Source: Sarea resinae (lineage: Eukaryota). From it: a stretch of DNA of 23,871 nt. This document shows positions 21,250-23,871 of this stretch, in pieces. Below the pieces are notes generated by a model, which had not been told where the DNA came from, made no database searches, and was given only the letters and a program-made list of their open reading frames with translations. How positions within the stretch are numbered: the stretch's first letter is position 1; every line of letters starts with the position of its first letter. The stretch covers positions 62,001 to 85,871 of the forward strand of contig JAPEUD010000098.1 in the NCBI GenBank assembly GCA_026026165.1, written 5' to 3'. Position numbers and translations under genes: made by a program.

Positions 21250-23079
21250 ATGGCTCCTGTCATGGCACAGGACCGGAACCTCGATCCTGACGGTGGCCCG
21301 CCAGGACCTCATCCATCCTTCATTCAAGTCGCAAAGCCATATGTCTTTGAGCAGAACATAGAGGAATGTCTAAAGGCGACGGGGGCGACTGAGGCCAAGG
21401 AAGACAATGTTAGATTGCAGGGAGTCGCATGGATAGACAATGTGCGGAAGGCTTTACAGCTGTAGGCGCATCGACGGAGCCGTGACAACGGCGCACCACC
21501 ATACTAACTGGTGATCTAGGCCTGTGCGCACCTACAATACGGCAGTTGTCTATTATCACAAGTTTCGGCTTGTGCACCCAGATGTGGAATACAACTTCAT
21601 TGTACGTCGGTTCCCCTCAGGTTCTTGGATCAAGAGGATATCGTTTAACAAGATGGAGTAGGATGCGTCGGCAGCGGCGCTGTTCACGGCGTGTAAGATC
21701 GAGGACACGTTGAAAAAGTCCAAGGAGATCCTCTGTGCAGCCTACAATATGAAACTGAGTCCATCAGAACATCTCACTCCAGATGACCCCGTCAGTCGCC
21801 CCGCTCTTGTCTCCACGTTCAACGACAGTCCTCTAACCTCTGATGCTCTAGCTATTCGAGAATCATTCAAAAGCCATCATCGGTCTAGAGCGTCTGATGC
21901 TCGAAGCGTCGGGTTTCGATTTCCGCAATAGATATCCGCAAAAGCTACTCGTCAAACTGCTCAAGTACTACCATCTTGATAATGAAAGGGTCAGGCGGAC
22001 GTCCTATAATATGTGTCTGGACCTCTACCGGACGTTTGCGCCTGTTAAACAAACGACCGCTGCAATGGCCATAGCATGCATCGAGCTGTCGGCGCGTATG
22101 CACGGCTCCCCGATAGGGAGGCTCGCAGAGATCAAAGAATACAGACGATGGAGTACCAGCCGAGCCCAGGTGATGGGTATGCCTCCCTCTCTATTGTCTC
22201 TTATTCGAGACCCCCTTCCCCCCTCCCCCCCGGTCGCCCATGATCATAGCCCGCGCCTACCGGAACTATCACTATTTGTAAGCTAATTTCCATGCAGAAA
22301 CCATCCTCGACCTCCTAGACCTCTACACGCACCACCGTGCCGCCACAATTGTAGGCCAAGACCATGCCCTCGAATCTTTTATCGCCATCCGCATTACCTT
22401 CAACCAGGAGTCCGCTTCTCTCAACCTTCCCCGCCATACGGAGCGCTTTAAGCATCCCTCGGCCAGCAGCTCCGATGCCACTACCAGAACTTCACCAGCC
22501 ACAAACGGCACCACTACCCATCCGTACAAGAAACCTCGCCTAACATCCCCGGACGACCGCCGAGAAAAAGAAAGAGAACGAGAACGAGAACGAGAAGGGG
22601 CCCGAGACAGAGATACGCCCACCCGAGCGAGAGCAATAAAAACAAGCCCCTCACTCTCCCCGCCTCCACCTGCCCATCCCCAAACGCAAACACCCCTCTC
22701 TGCCCCGCTATCGGCGTCCGCCACCGCTACGTCCCTCACGCCATCCAGTGCTCTCGGCACCACCAGAAACATCCATCGGTCCGGCGGTGCCCGCGACGGC
22801 GGCATCCGCGATGGCACCGTGCGATTCATGCTCGATGCCGAGCGGGCACGGGACGAGAAGAGAGTCGTCGAGACGTTTTTCAAGGTCGAGGAAGAAGAGG
22901 TCGAGATTGATGTCGAGGTTGAGGTCGAGCCTGAAGGTGCTCCTGCTGCGGGCGCGGGCGGGTTCGTGCGGGAGAGAGAAAGGGAGAGAGAAAGAGAAAA
23001 GGAGAGGGACAGGGACAGGGACAGGGGGTGGGAGCGCGAGCGGGAGCGCGAGAGGGCCAGGAGCCGACGGCGGAGTTGA
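21250..23079 (+). CDS. CTK2: Transcription-type cyclin, RNA Pol II CTD kinase (CTDK-I) beta subunit Ctk2 / cyclin K-like, 509 aa, with RE/RD-repeat tail
   Basis: Exons 21250-21461, 21520-21601, 21662-21790, 21852-22176, 22298-23079 (1530 nt). Cyclin box RLQGVAWIDNVRKALQLPVRTYNTAVVYYHKFRL...AAALFTACKIEDTLKKSKEIL...ERLMLEASGFDFRNRYPQ; second box DLYRTFAPVKQTTAAMAIACIELSAR; DLLDLYTHHR; late DGTVRFMLD motif. Confidence 0.85.
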
Positions 23080-23703
23080 ATCTCGTCGGATCTCAATCTA
23101 CGGACGGAAGGGGGAGGGGGGGGGCGCCGGAGGGCGGGGCAGGAAGAACGTCCGTCATATCAGCAGGGGATATGAGGACACATTGTTTCCATTCTATTCC
23201 ATTCGGGCTCATCTCATGAAATATCCCGCCTTCTTACCTTACAGTAGTAGTAGTGTGTGTGTGGGGGGGCAAACGGCGCATAGGAAACCTCTTTTTCTTT
23301 TTTCTTTTTTCTTTTTTCTTTTTGCGCACCATCGGGCCCTCGAATCGTGCGGATTTCGCTTTCTCCCTTTTCTTTTTTCTTTTTTCTTCTTTTTTTTTCC
23401 CTCCGTCCTTGATCCATCCGTCTTTTTTCGTCCTTTGTGTGCTCTGCTCGGCGGATATTGCGTGAGTGCCTATGTAGTACTAGACTACCTATACTACCAC
23501 CTATTACTACCTACCTACTATGACGCAAAGAGTACCCGATGGATGAATCCATACCTTCCACATCGGCAGGGAGGTACGCCAAGGTCGAGATGACGATGGC
23601 GGTGGCGGTGGCGGTGGCCGGCCGGTGGACGCGTTTCCTCGCATCGTCACAAACGCGGGGCCCTTCTTTGAAATCTTGGAAATCCATCCTCGGTCCTTGG
23701 TGC

Positions 23704-23746
23704 AGTCAGTCGGTCAGTCGGTCAGTCAGTCGGTCAGTCATTCAGT
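23704..23746. repeat. Imperfect (CAGT/CGGT)n tetranucleotide repeat
   Basis: agtcagtcggtcagtcggtcagtcagtcggtcagtcattcagtc read directly. Confidence 0.8.
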
Positions 23747-23843
23747 CTATCAAGCGGATTTCGCATGTCCAAAATGGGTCAAGGAAAGGAAAGTAGAGTA
23801 GTCGTACGAAAGGAGTTGTTGTTTTTTTTTTTTGGTTTGGGGC

Positions 23844-23871
23844 GGGGGGGGGGGGGGGGGGGGGGGGGGGG
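23844..23871. other. Terminal poly-G run; probable contig end or sequencing artefact
   Basis: The window ends in an uninterrupted G homopolymer, shortly after a poly-T run. Confidence 0.6.

Noticed and set aside
22323..23096. 257-aa antisense ORF, and the 281-aa + strand ORF 22748-23593
   Set aside because: Shadow frames of the low-complexity cyclin last exon and the T-rich 3' UTR; no recognisable domain.
23844..23871. Poly-G as a biological element
   Set aside because: At the very end of the sequence; consistent with an assembly break or a two-colour sequencing artefact.

Overview
Intron-rich genomic DNA from a filamentous ascomycete (Pezizomycotina; GT-AG introns with CTRAC/CTRAY branch sites). 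Seven protein-coding genes can be reconstructed by hand. In order: an intronless hypothetical protein (379-1656 +); a medium-chain dehydrogenase/reductase ending in the peroxisomal signal SKL (3504-2266 -); a divergently transcribed flavin monooxygenase (4473-6829 +); a ~6 kb gene-free stretch leading to the developmental regulator medA/Medusa (AUG 13001-15289 +); a small OM14-like membrane protein gene (16529-17436 +); CDP-diacylglycerol synthase CDS1 (18622-20285 +); and a Ctk2-like CTD-kinase cyclin (21250-23079 +). The most interesting signals are two. (1) The medA leader: ~1.37 kb almost devoid of AUG, containing an AUG-UAA start-stop uORF, an in-frame CUG in strong context that would add 54 aa, and a spliced overlapping uORF. 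This layout resembles cpc-1/GCN4/ATF4-type translational control. (2) The OM14-like gene needs a 2-nt microexon, and its unusually long second intron carries a hairpin-H box-hairpin-ACA element that looks like an H/ACA snoRNA. All exon boundaries are manual predictions; no database searches were run.
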